A stretch of 64,000 nt of DNA from Octopus vulgaris (Eukaryota). This document shows, piece after piece, positions 1-13,001 of the stretch. Each line of letters opens with the position of its first letter. Position 1 is the first letter of the stretch. The stretch covers positions 174,530,001 through 174,594,000 of the forward strand of contig OX597817.1 in the NCBI GenBank assembly GCA_951406725.2, given 5' to 3'. The notes beneath the pieces are model-generated. The model was not told the DNA's origin. It made no database searches and worked only from the letters and a program-made list of their open reading frames with translations. A program made the position numbers and the translations under genes.

Positions 1-99
1 ACAGGATGTGAGGAGATATTTGAGGACTCTTAATTATCAATATATTAATCTCTTCCAATCAATTAAAACATTTTTATTTGCTTCAGATCCTCCGTGACA

Positions 100-1320
100 T
101 AAAATGTAACTATAAAACTTGAAAAAAACATAGTCATTCTGGTCTATGTGTGGATCACAGTGATTTAGAAATTGCCATCTTCCTAAATGTTGCAAAACTT
201 TTAGTACATGAAGTTTGGATGGAATTGAAAGCCATTAATAGGAATGTTTCAACTGTATCAAAGAGAAAAAATAGTCTAAAAGTTCAGACACTATAAATAC
301 ACCACAGTTCATCCAATGGGATCAAAATAGTGTTGATGATCCTGGGAAATCAATGAGTACCATCACCAAAGAACTTCAGGTGTGGCTATCAGGTTAGGCT
401 ATAAGAACTGTGCTGCATGAAAACATTCAATACAGGTCGTATGTACCGAGGAGAGGCCAATTCATGCCTGCAAAGACATGGAAGCTATTTGATATGTGCC
501 AAGCAGTTGCTAAATAAGGTTAAAAACCATCACAAACATGGCATGGTTTGTTTCTTTTCTAGTGAGAAAAACTTTGACACAGGCCAAAAGTCTAATAGTG
601 GAGGCACATGGCCTAGTGGTTAGAGCAGCGAACTCGCAGTTGAGGGATCGTGGGTTCAAATCTCAGACCGGGCGATGTGTGTGTTTATGAGCAAAACACC
701 TAAGCTCCGCTCGGCTCTGGCAGAAGGTAATGGCGAACTTCTGCTGACCCTTTTGCCACAACTTCCTCTCACTCTTTCCTCCTGCATCCTGCAGCGCACC
801 TACGACGGACCGGCATCCCGTCTAGGTGGGGAACCTATTCGCCAAGGAAACCGGGAAACCGGCCCTTATGAGCCAGGCATGGCTCGAGAAGGAACAAACA
901 ACAAAAGTCTAATGATAGAAAGGACAGGCAGAAATGCAGATCATTCTGATGGCCCCAGATTGATGCACACTAAGTTTTCGGCAACTGTGATGGTTTTAGA
1001 AGTGGTAGATAATGAAGGTCATGCTGTGCCGCCTCACTTCTTTCTGTAGGATCTTAGAATTAATGCTGTTGGATACATCGATGTGCTGGAAATAGTTGCT
1101 GTGCCCTGGATAGATGAAGTACACAGTGGAAGGCCATACATGCTTCAGCAAGACTCAGCGCCTTCTCACAAGGTCCACATAACCCAGGAATGGGCTAAAC
1201 AATCTTTTCAATTATGTGACACCAAACTTGCGGCTTCCAAACTCACCAATTTAAATCCCATGGACTACTATGTTTGAAGTGTTGTCAAAAGGGAGAATAA
1301 TTAACATCATTATACCACAT
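100..1320 (+). mobile_element. Degraded Tc1/mariner (maT/DD37D-like) transposase relic, split by a SINE
   Basis: Fragments read FFSSEKNFD, MHTKFSATVMVLEVVDNEGHAVPPHFF, PWIDEVHSGRPYMLQQDSAPSHK and NLNPMDYYV; frameshifts and stops present. Confidence 0.85.
597..901 (+). mobile_element. tRNA-derived SINE with 12-bp target-site duplication
   Basis: Box A TGGCCTAGTGGTT, box B GGTTCAAATCT; CAAAAGTCTAAT at 585-596 and 902-913; sister copy at 35878-36185. Confidence 0.9.
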
Positions 1321-1768
1321 GGCCATAGTCTAATGACTGAAACAAAAAACAGATAAAACATGTATTAGAGATAAGAGAATACTTGTGTTTTGGAGCTAAT
1401 TTCAGAGTATTTCAAGCTTTTGAGTAACAATTTCATTGCTTGTTGTAGGGAGAGAAAAATGACTGAGGGCGTCAGATATTTTATGATTTATGCAAAATAT
1501 AGTGGCTTGCAGACACAGAATTTGTGGGCTGTAGAGATGTTGGTGCAATAAACTCTCAGAGTATCAGATAGCTGGAACATTAATGTTATTCTGTTAGGAA
1601 TTAATGTTGTATTTGTCGATTTTATTTCTCTGCAGCAATTGTGGAGAATTTAAACAAACTGAATTGGACAATGTGAATAAAGTTATCTTTACAAACATTT
1701 CAGCATTTCTGAATAAAACTGAGTCTATTCATTGTGGTTGAATTATTAAGAATATAATTGATATCATA

Positions 1769-2033
1769 AAAAACAAAATAATGAATGTGCCCTTTTAAAG
1801 CCTAGCCAGGCTCATGGGCCCAGTTTCCTGGTTTCTATGGCATATGTGTCCCCCAGCTGGACGGGACCCCAGTCCATCGCAGCGTTACTCATTTTTGCCA
1901 GCTGAGTGGACTGGAGCAATGTGAAATGAAGTGTTTTGCTCAAGAACACAATGCATCGCCTGGTCCAGGAATCGAAACCACAATCTTACAATCACGATGC
2001 TGACACCCTAACCACTAAGCCACGTGCCTCCAC
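1769..2033 (-). mobile_element. tRNA-derived CORE-like SINE
   Basis: Minus strand starts GTGGAGGCACGTGGCTTAGTGGTTAG, has box B GTTTCGATTCC and a CORE-like TCTTGAGCAAAACACTT...CACTCAGCTG block; near-perfect TSD ATTGA(T/C)ATCATA at 1757-1768 and 2034-2045. Confidence 0.85.
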
Positions 2034-3334
2034 ATTGACATCATAGAAGGAGTATATTAGTGTCCTGTAAGGATTATCTTGGCATATTATGAGGAGTATA
2101 TTGGCAGCCTCCTCCTCGTCATCATTTTAATGACAATTGTTTTTGTCTGTTTCCATGCTAGTATGGATTGGATGGTGTGTATTGAGGCAGATTTTCCACA
2201 ACTCGATGCTATTTCTGCCACTAATCCTTACCCATTACTAAAAGCCAAGATAATATTTCCCTAAGGCAATATTATCCCTAGATAATATTTCCCTATGGCA
2301 ATATTATATTTGTAGAATATTAGAATTGAACGATGCTACTTGTATGACAGTAACACTCACTCACAGAAGACGTTGAGATACAAACATACACTCACACATT
2401 CTCTTCCTCTCCCCACCCCTCTCTCTCTCTCTCTCTCTCTTTCATACAGATACATACAAGCAATCAATATGATGAGCTTTGTTTAATTTCTCTCTACCAA
2501 ATCCCCTCACAAGGCTTTAGTCAGCCCAGATCTGTAGTAAAAGATATTTACCTAAGGTACCACACAATGGGATTGAACCCAGAACCATTTGTATGGGAAG
2601 CGAGCTTCTTAACCATGCAACCATACCAATGTCCATGAAACATACATTGGCATCCAATAAATACTAAATTGGCTGATGTCTTCTGCCACTTTATCCTGTC
2701 CATCCTTGGATGGATTGTACTTGTAATTCAAAGATAGGGCCTTCACACTCTGATTCATATTTCTTTATTGCCTGCAAGGGGCTAAACATAGAGGGGACAA
2801 ACAAGGACACTCTGATTCTACTTGAGGATTACATTAATGGCACATATGTATATGGAATACTCGGCCATCTACACACTAGTTCAATGAACAAGTCATCCCA
2901 TTCGATTAAACAACTGAATCCTCATTGCTGACACTGGAGAAGATCTTTACATTTTATATCACTTATTTATATCAACTCCAACCATTCTTGTAAGAATTAG
3001 CTCTGGCAATAGAATCGGTGTGGGTGATAGACAATACTACATCTTAGTCTTTGGCCAGTAGTCTGATACCACATCGACATGGCCTGCTGTAACGCTATAC
3101 CAATTGGAACTAAAGTAATCGTTAAGTGCCATTTATAGATGCTTATGTATATTAAAAGATGTAATATAGATCAAAGTTTTACATTTCAGAGTTATTAAAG
3201 GTGGGTAATAATTTTTAGCTATTGATTCTAAGATTCCGGCTGACTTATATGAGAGAAGCTATTTTATACTTTTAGGTACTTTTTCTTTACTGCAGTTTGT
3301 GTGAATTTAGACATTTGCATATAATTTATGCTTT

Positions 3335-3545
3335 TGTTTGTTTCAGTCATTAGACTGTGACCATGCTAGAGCATCACCTTCAAGAATTTTAGCCGGATGA
3401 ATTGACCTTGGTACTTATTTTTATACTTGGCACTATCGATCTCTCTCTTGCTGATCTGCTTAGTTACAGGGAAGTTAACACACCAACCTTACTTGTCAAG
3501 TGGTGGTGGAGCGGGGGGACAAATACAGACACAAAGACATACACA

Positions 3546-3587
<42 letters not shown>

Positions 3588-3905
3588 GTTTTTGGATTTG
3601 ATTTGCAAGATTCTTTATGTGAGTTCGTGTGTTGAAGCATATTCTGTTGTGTCTGGGGAGAGTCATTTTCTTTTTGTGCCTTATAATTTAACACACACAC
3701 CGGTAAAATTTCCACTTTTTTCTTATTTTTATTTTTATTTCTATTTTTATACAATGGGATTCTTTCAATTTCCATCTACCAAATCCACTCACAAGGTTTT
3801 GGTCAGATCAAGGCTATAGTAGAAGACACTTGTCCAAGGTGCCATGCTGTGGGGCTGAACCCAGGGTCATCTGGTTGGGAAGCAAACTTCTTACCACACA
3901 AACTT
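3335..3905 (-). mobile_element. Abundant SINE family A (tRNA head, internal microsatellite, LINE-derived tail) with a foreign insert at about 3587-3745
   Basis: Matches copies at 7761-8350 and 12524-12928; the insert in the central (TA)n recurs at 36498-36676. Confidence 0.8.
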
Positions 3906-4363
3906 CTTACCACCTTCAGAGTGATTCTGTTTACCACTGGTGCTCACTCTCCCTATAGCTGTTTTCACAGCTACATACTCAACCTGAAATGATTGAAGAA
4001 GACAACAGACCACAACACCATGAACATGTATTTGCTGTGTAAAAATTAGCCCAAATGTTGATTTTCAAACAATGTGTCATATACATTGTTTCTTCTGAAT
4101 ATTTCTTTGCTTGTAAACATAAAGAGGCCTTTCTTTCTTTGCCACAATTCTTTCTTGACAAAGTACAAGATCAAATTTTGTAATGGAGTGATATCATCTG
4201 GAGTTACAGCCTTCCTAGGTGGGTGGAGGAATATGCCTTGCTTGTACATTTTTGGCATAGTTTCTAGAGCCAGAAGCCATTCTTAGGACCAATAATGTTA
4301 CAATATTGAGTATACAATATTATGCGTTTATGTGATATAATACATGACAGTTATATAATGTAA

Positions 4364-4412
<49 letters not shown>

Positions 4413-4416
4413 GCCT

Positions 4417-4451
<35 letters not shown>

Positions 4452-4454
4452 ATA

Positions 4455-5504
4455 CAAGATGTTTGGGCTAAATTTGGCAGTTTGCATGAAAAGAAAAGTA
4501 AATGCAATATCCCATCCAAAAATAAAAGTATTTAAAAAAAAAATTAAAAGATATTAACTAGATTATGGCTGGGAGATAAAAGTTAACTCAAAGAAGCTGC
4601 CCACAGCTTCCACCAAGGCCTCAAGATGGCTCTGGAACCTGGCGCATGCATACCTTGTTGTCTCCTTGGGAAGATCTTCAAACACCTCCTTGATCTTGGC
4701 CACCAGCTCAGCCTTGATATTGTAGGCAGAGTGGTCAGTCTCTTTCTCAACCAAGCCTCACATGTAGCAATTCATGGGATTAGAATTAGGAATTACACAA
4801 GAAATTGGGGCTGGTGAAATCATAGAAATTCTCCAACAACCATTTCTGACACTTTCAAGAAGTATGGCTAGGAGCCAAATCCTGCTGTCACACATATGAG
4901 CTTCCAGCAGCAACCCTCTCCACCCAGGGCTTGACCACAGCAGCATCACATAACCATCTGAGTTGAGCTTAAGGTCCTGTACAAAATGTGGGGCAGCATG
5001 ATGTCTCCTTCACTAGTAACATGCCTAAAAGCCATCACAGTTTGGGGAACTTGGTTTTCATGATACCCGTGTCATTTCAGAGAACATTGAACAGCAGTCA
5101 TGATGTCAACATTTTGGTACCTGGTGCAAATCTTCTTGATACAGGTAACTTTTCCAATATTCAGATAATTTCTAGTCCTCCTTGTCAGCTAATTTTTTTT
5201 CAATTCCAACTTCAATCTTTATGTTCTCCAGTGGCATTGACTATTTACCAATACATCTGACTATTTACCAATACATCTGACTATTTACCAATACATCTGA
5301 CTATTTACCAATACATCTGACTATTTACCAATACATCTGACTATTTACCAATACATCTGACTATTTACCAATACATCTGACTATTTACCAATACATCTGA
5401 CTATTTACCAATACATCTGACTATTTACCAATACATCTGACTATTTACCAATACATCTGACTAAAAAAATTGTTCACAAAATTCATCAAATTTAGCCTGA
5501 ATAC

Positions 5505-5508
<4 letters not shown>
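4455..5508 (-). mobile_element. Internally deleted maT/DD37D-like mariner with both TIRs
   Basis: Left TA-CAAGATGTTTGGGCTAAATTTG versus right-end reverse complement CAGGGTATTCAGGCTAAATTTG; minus-strand peptides MKTKFPQTVMAF..VTSEGDIMLPH and KAELVAKIKEVFEDLPKETTRYACARFQSHLEALVEA. Confidence 0.85.
5238..5463. repeat. Perfect 20-bp tandem repeat (CTATTTACCAATACATCTGA), about 11 copies
   Basis: Eleven identical units at 5241-5460. Confidence 0.98.
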
Positions 5509-5548
<40 letters not shown>

Positions 5549-6039
5549 TGTGTGTGTGTTTGTGTGTCTGTGTGTGTATACATTACATAAACATACACAT
5601 GCACACGCACACATATATATATATATATACACACACGCACATATATATACTTACACACACATACATACAAGCGGTTATGTAATGTGCTATATATTTATGT
5701 AATGCCTTGCAGCTATCTAATATACATTCAATATAATATAATATACATATAATATATTACTGTTATGCAATATATATCGTCATCACCCCATTTAATGACC
5801 ATCTTCCATACTGGCATGGGCTGGATGATTTGAAAGAACCTGACACGCCACGGGACTGCATTGACCGCCAATGTCTACTTTAGTACCGTTTCTAAGACTG
5901 GATACCCTTTCTAATGCCAATCACTTTACAGAGTGTACTGGGTGCTTTATATGTACATATGTACATACATATGTAGGTGCATACTTTCATTCATACCTAC
6001 CTCCCTCTCATTTGCATCCCCCGTCTATTCTTATCTCTA

Positions 6040-6830
6040 CCCACATAGTCTACCTGTGTTTCCAAGGTAGCATTCTGATCCCCCACTAAAAGTAAGAGAC
6101 GTTCCTAGGAATACTTCTAGACATCGAAAGAAATCCGTCTGATTGGTTAAAGGTGGTGCGTAGACTGATACGAGTCGAAAAGCACACCCATTGCTGCTGT
6201 CGACATCCAGGACGACCAGTCTATCCTCTGGGTCTATGAAAATTGCCTTTACTTCGACATCTAGACTCTTGCAAAAAAGTACCGCTATGCCACTACCGCC
6301 CATTCTTGGCAGACAGGGAGAAAAATAAATGTTAAACTGTCTGCTAAATATAGACTTTAGGGTCCGTGGATTATGGAGTCTGGTCTCACTTATGGCTATA
6401 ATTCCTAACTTGTGTGACTTTATGTCATTTAAGAGGTACCCTTGTTTCCAAGGGGACCCCAAGCCACGTGCATTTAATCAACCAATCTTGATCATAATCC
6501 TAGTCTCCTCCATCCTTCTTTCATCGACATGTGGTGTGGGGAGTGGAGGAAAATCTAAGTTGATGTCTTTGGTGGCAGTGATGGTGCAACAACAAAACTG
6601 ATGCCTTGTGGCGTTAGTTTTGTTGTTATTGTCAGTGGTGGTGGTGATAGCCGTGTTCAAGCTGTTAGGTTCAGCAGCTAATGGTAGCGGTAGTTCCTTG
6701 CTAGTGTTCCGCATGACTTGTGCACTGGACACATAGTTTCCAGTTGCCATTTTTGAAATGAAAAATGGTTAAAATAAAACTACGAAAGCCTTCAAAATTT
6801 TGGAAATTTTGCCCACACTGGGGCGAAATT
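6040..6830 (-). mobile_element. L1/Tx1-type LINE 5' fragment with APE endonuclease N-terminus
   Basis: ORFs 6478-6750 and 6037-6462 are in one frame: IKIG*LNARGLGSP..IIAISET..GGSGIAVLF..RLVVLDV..FRLVSVYAP, the canonical APE motifs. Confidence 0.85.
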
Positions 6831-6960
6831 CTTTTTTATTTTATTTTTATTTTTTCTAGTTTCAGCTCACAAGCTGTGGCCATGCTGGGGCACTGCCATT
6901 TTATGTAAATATTTATCAAGTTTTGTAGTGAACTTATGTGGAGCCCATTTGACTAGCGTC
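6830..6960 (-). mobile_element. CR1/L2-type LINE 3' terminus with A-rich tail
   Basis: Minus strand encodes HKFTTKLDKYLHKMAVPQHGHSL* (FxxxLDxYL C-terminal motif), then stem-loop CAGCT-TGTG-AGCTG, GAAACTAG and an A-rich tail. Confidence 0.65.
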
Positions 6961-6961
6961 T

Positions 6962-7108
6962 GTCAGAGATAGATATAGATAGTTTGATAGATAAATATAT
7001 AGACAGAAAGACAGATGGATAGATAGTTAGAGAGATAGGTAGATAGACAGGTAGATAGACAGATAGACAGATAGACTGATAAATAGAAAGACAGACAGAC
7101 AGACAGAC

Positions 7109-7182
<74 letters not shown>

Positions 7183-7200
7183 ATAGAAAGACAGACAGAC
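6962..7200. repeat. (AGAT)n/(AGAC)n microsatellite
   Basis: Read directly. Confidence 0.95.
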
Positions 7201-7760
7201 ATTGGTCAACCTGAAGCTATAGTAGAATCAACTAAAATCCCTTAAAGGTGGCACCAGCATGACCACAGTCCAGTGACTGAAATCAGGAGCAGAACAGAAT
7301 TGAATATGGTAAAGTATTTAGTACAAAAATGTCCTACTCCTCCTATTTTATTCTCTTCAATATAACAACAACAGCAACAACAACAAGCCAAGATGATGAT
7401 GTAATTTCTGTTATATGAAACAAAAGCAGTTCCTTGAAATCTAATTGGTTTGTATTGAACACGAAAATATTTGCATTGTGCTGTATTGTTTTGAAGCAAT
7501 CTATTTAAAAAGAAAACGTCTAATTTATTGAAAACATTTAAATAAATTCACGATGTATTCCTCTTAATGTGCTTTTTCTTTTGTTACAAATATTTTTTTA
7601 TATTTGTGTATAGGTGCAGGTATGGCTGTGTGGTTAATTTTACTTCCTAACTGCATAGCTTTGGGTTCAGTCCTTGAGCAAGTATCTTCTGTTGTGGTTC
7701 AGGGCTAACCACTTGTGAATGGATTTGATAGAGAAAAACTGAAAGAAACCTGTTGCATAT

Positions 7761-8084
7761 GTGCAGGAGTGGCTGTGTGGTAAGTAGCTTGCTTACCAAC
7801 CACATGGTTCTGGGTTCATTCCCACTGCGTGGCACCTTGGGCAAGTGTCTTCTACTATAACCTCGGGCCAACCAAAGCCTTGTGAGTGGATTTGGTTGAC
7901 AGAAATTGAAAGAAACCCGTTGTATATATGTATGTATATATATATATATAAGTATATATATATATATATGACACGTGACACGTGACCGACCAAACCATCA
8001 GATGTTGCTACACATCGCTGGTCACAATGCACTTCACATTGTTTTAGCCTTCAATGATGTCACCCCGCTGGCAAAGCGATCAGG

Positions 8085-8121
<37 letters not shown>

Positions 8122-8350
8122 GTATGTATTTGTATATGTTTGTGTGTCTGTGTTTCTCCCCCCTACATTGCTTGACAACCGATGCTGGTGTGTTTACGTC
8201 TCTGTAACCTAGCGGTTTGGCAAAAGAGACCAATAGAATAAGTACTAGGCTTACAAAGAATAAGTCCTGGGGTCGATTTGTCGATTAAAGGCGGGGCTCG
8301 AGCATGGCCACAGTCAAATGACTGAAACAAGTAAAAGAGTAAAAAGAGTA
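7761..8350 (+). mobile_element. SINE family A, full length, with a ~105-bp insert; a second partial head precedes it at 7610-7755
   Basis: Head GCAGGAGTGGCTGTGTGGTAAG..GGGTTCATTCCC; tail CATGGCCACAGTCAAATGACTGAAACAAGTAAAAGAG. Confidence 0.9.
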
Positions 8351-9267
8351 TGTATGTATGTATGTATGTACTCATGAATGTACATACACATGTATGTATG
8401 AACGCATGTATGTGTGTGTGCATGTATGTATGTATGTTTTTCTTTCTTTTAGAATTATTGAGTGAGAGAGCAGCACACACCATCAAAGTGATGCTAAGGT
8501 ACAAATATATAACTACCAGTATGTGCATCACAACTGCCTGTCTGATAAGGTTACACCAGGCACATGCATTATAACTACATGTGTGCAACATGGTGACCTC
8601 ATAGACCTCATATCAAGGTAATGAGTGCATGACCTTGCAGATGGAGCCCAGTTCAAATTTTCTTCAGGATGAGTATCCCATCTTGTGTGAAATGTCCCTA
8701 AATAGGGGTTGTTTAAGGATTATGAATGAAACGCTCCTGTGTTCCTATCTATTTGTTACAAGTTTTCTGTAGAAAACATGTCTGATCATGAAGGTAGCTA
8801 AAAGGTTGGCCACAAGAAGGGCATCTGGCTGGAGAAAATTATCTTATTCCATATACATCTGATTCATGCAATATGGAGAAATGGATGTTGAATGACGATG
8901 ATGATGATGATGGTGATGATGATGACTATGATGACGACAATACTAACAAAGAATGGCCATGACTCTTGAGTTTTGTGAAAAGATGATGTCTCACATGTGA
9001 GACATTGTTATGGCAATTCCTTGTTAAGGCCCTTTCAGTTCACTTCACTTTTATTTGTGTCGTTAATTGCCTCCTGGGAAAAAGTATGAAGAGACTACTG
9101 CTCTCCGTTTCCTTCTCCCATGATGGAACAAGAAAGAATCTTTGTTAAAGGATAAAAGAGAAATCAGTGTTCTGAATATATGAGTAACTGTATATGAAAG
9201 ACAGGTGTTAAGTCAGGTGAATTAAAAACTATTTGGTAAATCAAGTGGTGTCTGGTTTTAGTGTAAG

Positions 9268-9333
<66 letters not shown>

Positions 9334-9690
9334 GGAGAGAGAGAGAGAATGAGACTAGATTTACTCATGTGAAATGAATTGTTTATATAAACCAAGTGAG
9401 CAGATGTTATAAAGTAACATAGTGAAAATAAATGATAGGTGCTTATCAATGACAGAAAGCTAGACTTCAGCAGAAAAGAAAACAAAGAATGAGAGCGTTA
9501 TCAGTCAGACTTGTCTGCAGAACTCATGCAAATATGAAAGTGAAGTTAAATAGAATTGAAACAGCATGCTTCCCTCTCTGTCTGTTTCTTAATATGCCTG
9601 TCTGTCTGTCTGTCTAACTGTCTGTTTATTTCTGTAAGAGAGAGGAGCACCAACATTTTCAGCCACTGAGGTTCCACTGAAGATACTATG

Positions 9691-9750
<60 letters not shown>

Positions 9751-9941
9751 GTAAAAAGTGAAAAAACTACAGAAGGCTTGTTTTAAAAGGTTAAAAAATA
9801 TATATTTGAGTCACTATGTCTGAAGAATGTTATAAATTTTTTTCATACAATGACATAGTATAGAAGAAATGACCGGTTTCGCGTTCAGCTTTTCAAATTT
9901 CTTAAAACGTTATATATATATGTGTGTGTGTGTGTGTGTAA

Positions 9942-9972
<31 letters not shown>

Positions 9973-10022
9973 TATATATATATATATGTAAATATATATA
10001 TATATATATATAAATGTAAATG

Positions 10023-10118
<96 letters not shown>

Positions 10119-10199
10119 GTATATTCCTAGTCGGAATATATATCCTTTCATTAATACAGTTTTCCTTTCCGGAAGTAACAGGGGTGTGGGTGGGGGGTT

Positions 10200-11260
10200 G
10201 ACACCTTATTTTTTTCTAGATAGAAGTAGTAATGTACAGTTAGAAAGGCATGGGAAAAATTTCTTTAGATTTTCAAAAATTTAGGACCAAACATTACTAT
10301 AGGTAAAGATTATCGTAGAGTAAATTTTCTTGATGGTATCTTCTGTCTTGATACGGAATTATTTGAACCAGTTCATAAGCCAAATGATCATATTAAGTAC
10401 ATTAATGTAGCATCCAACCATCCACCCTCAATTATACGGGAACAAGCAAAGAATATTTCTACAAGAATCTCTAGATTATCTGCTAATAATAAATGTTTTG
10501 AATTTCATGCATCTTATTATAATGCTGCTCTAGCTAGGGCTTGGTACCATGAAAAAATTTAATATATTCCAGAAGCAGGCATAAGCAACACTGGTAATTC
10601 CTACAACTGCTATGCACATCGTATACCACCACAACATTACCATTTGAGAACTCACTCGGATAATGAATACAGGCCAGAAAGAATTGGTCATGTCAATGAA
10701 CTACCAACGAAAACTCATAGACACATGCGACATAATAATCCATCTGCTTGTTCCAATCCTGTACAACACAATCGATCAAATAAACCTAACAACAGATACA
10801 GGAATCAGGATGTCCTCTGGTTCAACCTGATTTTCGGTTCACATGTTCCAACAAAGATCACTGGAAGATTTTTTGCTGCTTTGGACAAGTGTTTTCCTAA
10901 ATCTAATCGGTATCATGCTATTTTTAATTGACACACCTTGAAGGTATCCTACACCAACTCTGCTAATTTAGAGCAACTTATGCATCGCATAAACAATAGC
11001 AAAATGCGGCAAAGGTTCAATAACCCACCTCCTGGATCTAGCGAACATTTGCATTTAAATACCAACCAAGGAGATGTAAGCTGCATTGATAAACACCAAC
11101 TACGACCAATTTGTAGTAGTAGAAATATCTGTGATACAGCTATCACGGTAACAACGCCGGTTAATGGTGTTGGGACTGCCTTCTATACAAATAAATATGA
11201 TAAATGCTCATGCAGAGAAAAATCAAAATTTTCTTTGATGAATCTCTGTATGAGTACAAA
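10200..11260 (+). mobile_element. Penelope-like element (probably Naiad clade), RT C-terminus and linker, degraded
   Basis: Translates VNFLDGIF..HKPNDHIKYINVASNHPPSII..ISTRISRLS, VLWFNLIFGSHVPTKITGRFF..LDKCFP..HAIFN*HTLKVSY, and CSCREKSKFSLMNLC (CxCx5Cx5C with one Cys lost). Confidence 0.8.
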
Positions 11261-11261
11261 T

Positions 11262-11947
11262 CTTGACATAGAGAAAGCCTTTGACAGGGTGCCCTGATCC
11301 CTTATCTGGTGGTCAATGAGGAAACTAGGGATAGATGAACGGTTAGTGAGAGCTGTACAAGCCATGTACAAGGAATACTGTCAGTAAGGTGAAGGTTGGC
11401 AATGAGTATAGTGAAGAATTCTGGGTAGGGGTAGGAGTCCACCAAGGATTGATCCTCAGCCCCCTCTTATTCATCATAGTCCTCCAGGCAATAACAGAGG
11501 AATTCAAGACAGGATGCCCCTGGGGGGCTTCTCTATGCTGATGACCTTGCTCTAATAGCTGAGTCATTATCTGAAGTAGAGGAGATGTTTCAGGTGTGGA
11601 AGCAAGGTCTAGAATCTAAAGGCTTTAGAGTCAATGTAGCAAAAACCAAAGTCACTGGTTGTTGTCAGTGCTGCCTGACTGGCTCCCATGCTGGTGGCAT
11701 GTAAAAAGCACCGTTCAAGCATGGTCCATGCCAGTATTGCCTGACTGGCCCTCATGCTGGTGGTATGTAAAAAGCACCCACTATGCTCTTGGAGTGGTTG
11801 GCATTAGGAAGGGCATCCATCTGTAGAAACTTTGTCAGCAGATCAGATTGAAGACTGATGCAGCCTTCTGGCTTGCCAACCCCAGTCAAACTGTCCAACC
11901 CATGCCAGCATGGAGAGCAGACATTAAATGACGATGATGATGATGAT
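11262..11947 (+). mobile_element. Older RTE LINE fragment (RT core joined to 3' UTR and (GAT)n tail)
   Basis: DIEKAFDRVP..LIWWSMRKLGID..GVHQG..YADDLAL, homologous to 21540-21890; internal deletion; tail shared with the other RTE copies. Confidence 0.9.
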
Positions 11948-12000
11948 ATGTGTATAGATATATATAAATGTGTGTGTGTGTGTGTGTGTCTGTGTGTGTA

Positions 12001-12039
<39 letters not shown>

Positions 12040-12044
<5 letters not shown>

Positions 12045-12350
12045 TTGCCAGGTGAAGTCTTTGTCAACAGGTATGCCAAGATTAAACATATAAAAAAGTC
12101 AGAAACCATGGTCCAGGAAATAGATGGGAAATGATTTTATTTTTCATTCCCTTCCAGAATTTATTCCTAATTAGTGGTTTGGACTTTAGCTGTTCCTTCT
12201 ATCGTAAAGGAGTCCTATGATGGATACCTCTTGATGTGTTTAAATGTACACTGTATTTTATATGAATAATATATAGTATATTGACTAATTTTTCTATACG
12301 CTAGGCCACTGGTAGTAAATATTTCTAAATTCTTTATTACCCTGATATTA

Positions 12351-12392
<42 letters not shown>

Positions 12393-12470
12393 TTTATTTA
12401 AAGCAGCAGAAAATTCAACAAAACCTGTTACTCTGAGTTTCCTGTTGCCGTTCATCGGACAGTTTTTTAG
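12040..12470. mobile_element. Short repeat fragments, possibly Penelope pLTR-like, inserted in (TA)n
   Basis: Non-simple blocks bounded by (TA)n; minus strand of 12430-12462 reads GTCCGATGAACGGCAACAGGAAACTC, a weak hammerhead-like core. Confidence 0.35.
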
Positions 12471-12482
12471 TTAGAATATATA

Positions 12483-12523
<41 letters not shown>

Positions 12524-12525
<2 letters not shown>

Positions 12526-12928
12526 TCTTTTACTCTCTTTTACTTGTTTCATTCATTTGACTGCGGCCATGCTGGAATACTACCTTTAGTCAAGCAAATC
12601 GACTCCAGAACTTATTCTTTGTAAGCCTAGTCTCTTTTGCCGAACTGCTAAGTTACAGGGATGTAAATATACCACCATCGGTTGTCAAGCGATGTTGGAG
12701 GGGACAAACACAGACACACAAACATATTCACACACATACATATATATATATATACATATATACGATGGGCTTCCTTCAGTTTCCATCTATTAAATCCACT
12801 CAGAAGGTTTTGGTCAGCCTGAGGCTATAGTAGAAAACACTTGCCCAAGGTACCACACAGTGGGAATGAACCCGGAACCATGTGGTTGGTAAGCAAGCTA
12901 CTTACCACACAGCCACTCCTGCACCTAT
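12524..12928 (-). mobile_element. SINE family A, full length
   Basis: Reverse complement of the 7761-8350 type; 5' end partly re-duplicated at 12929-12970. Confidence 0.9.
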
Positions 12929-12967
12929 ACACAGCCACTCCTTCGCTTATACACAGCCACACCTGGG

Positions 12968-13001
<34 letters not shown>

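Noticed and set aside
597-680. tRNA genes at SINE heads (also 15105, 35878, 44232)
   Set aside because: A and B boxes are present but there is no complete cloverleaf, and each continues into a SINE body or repeat tail
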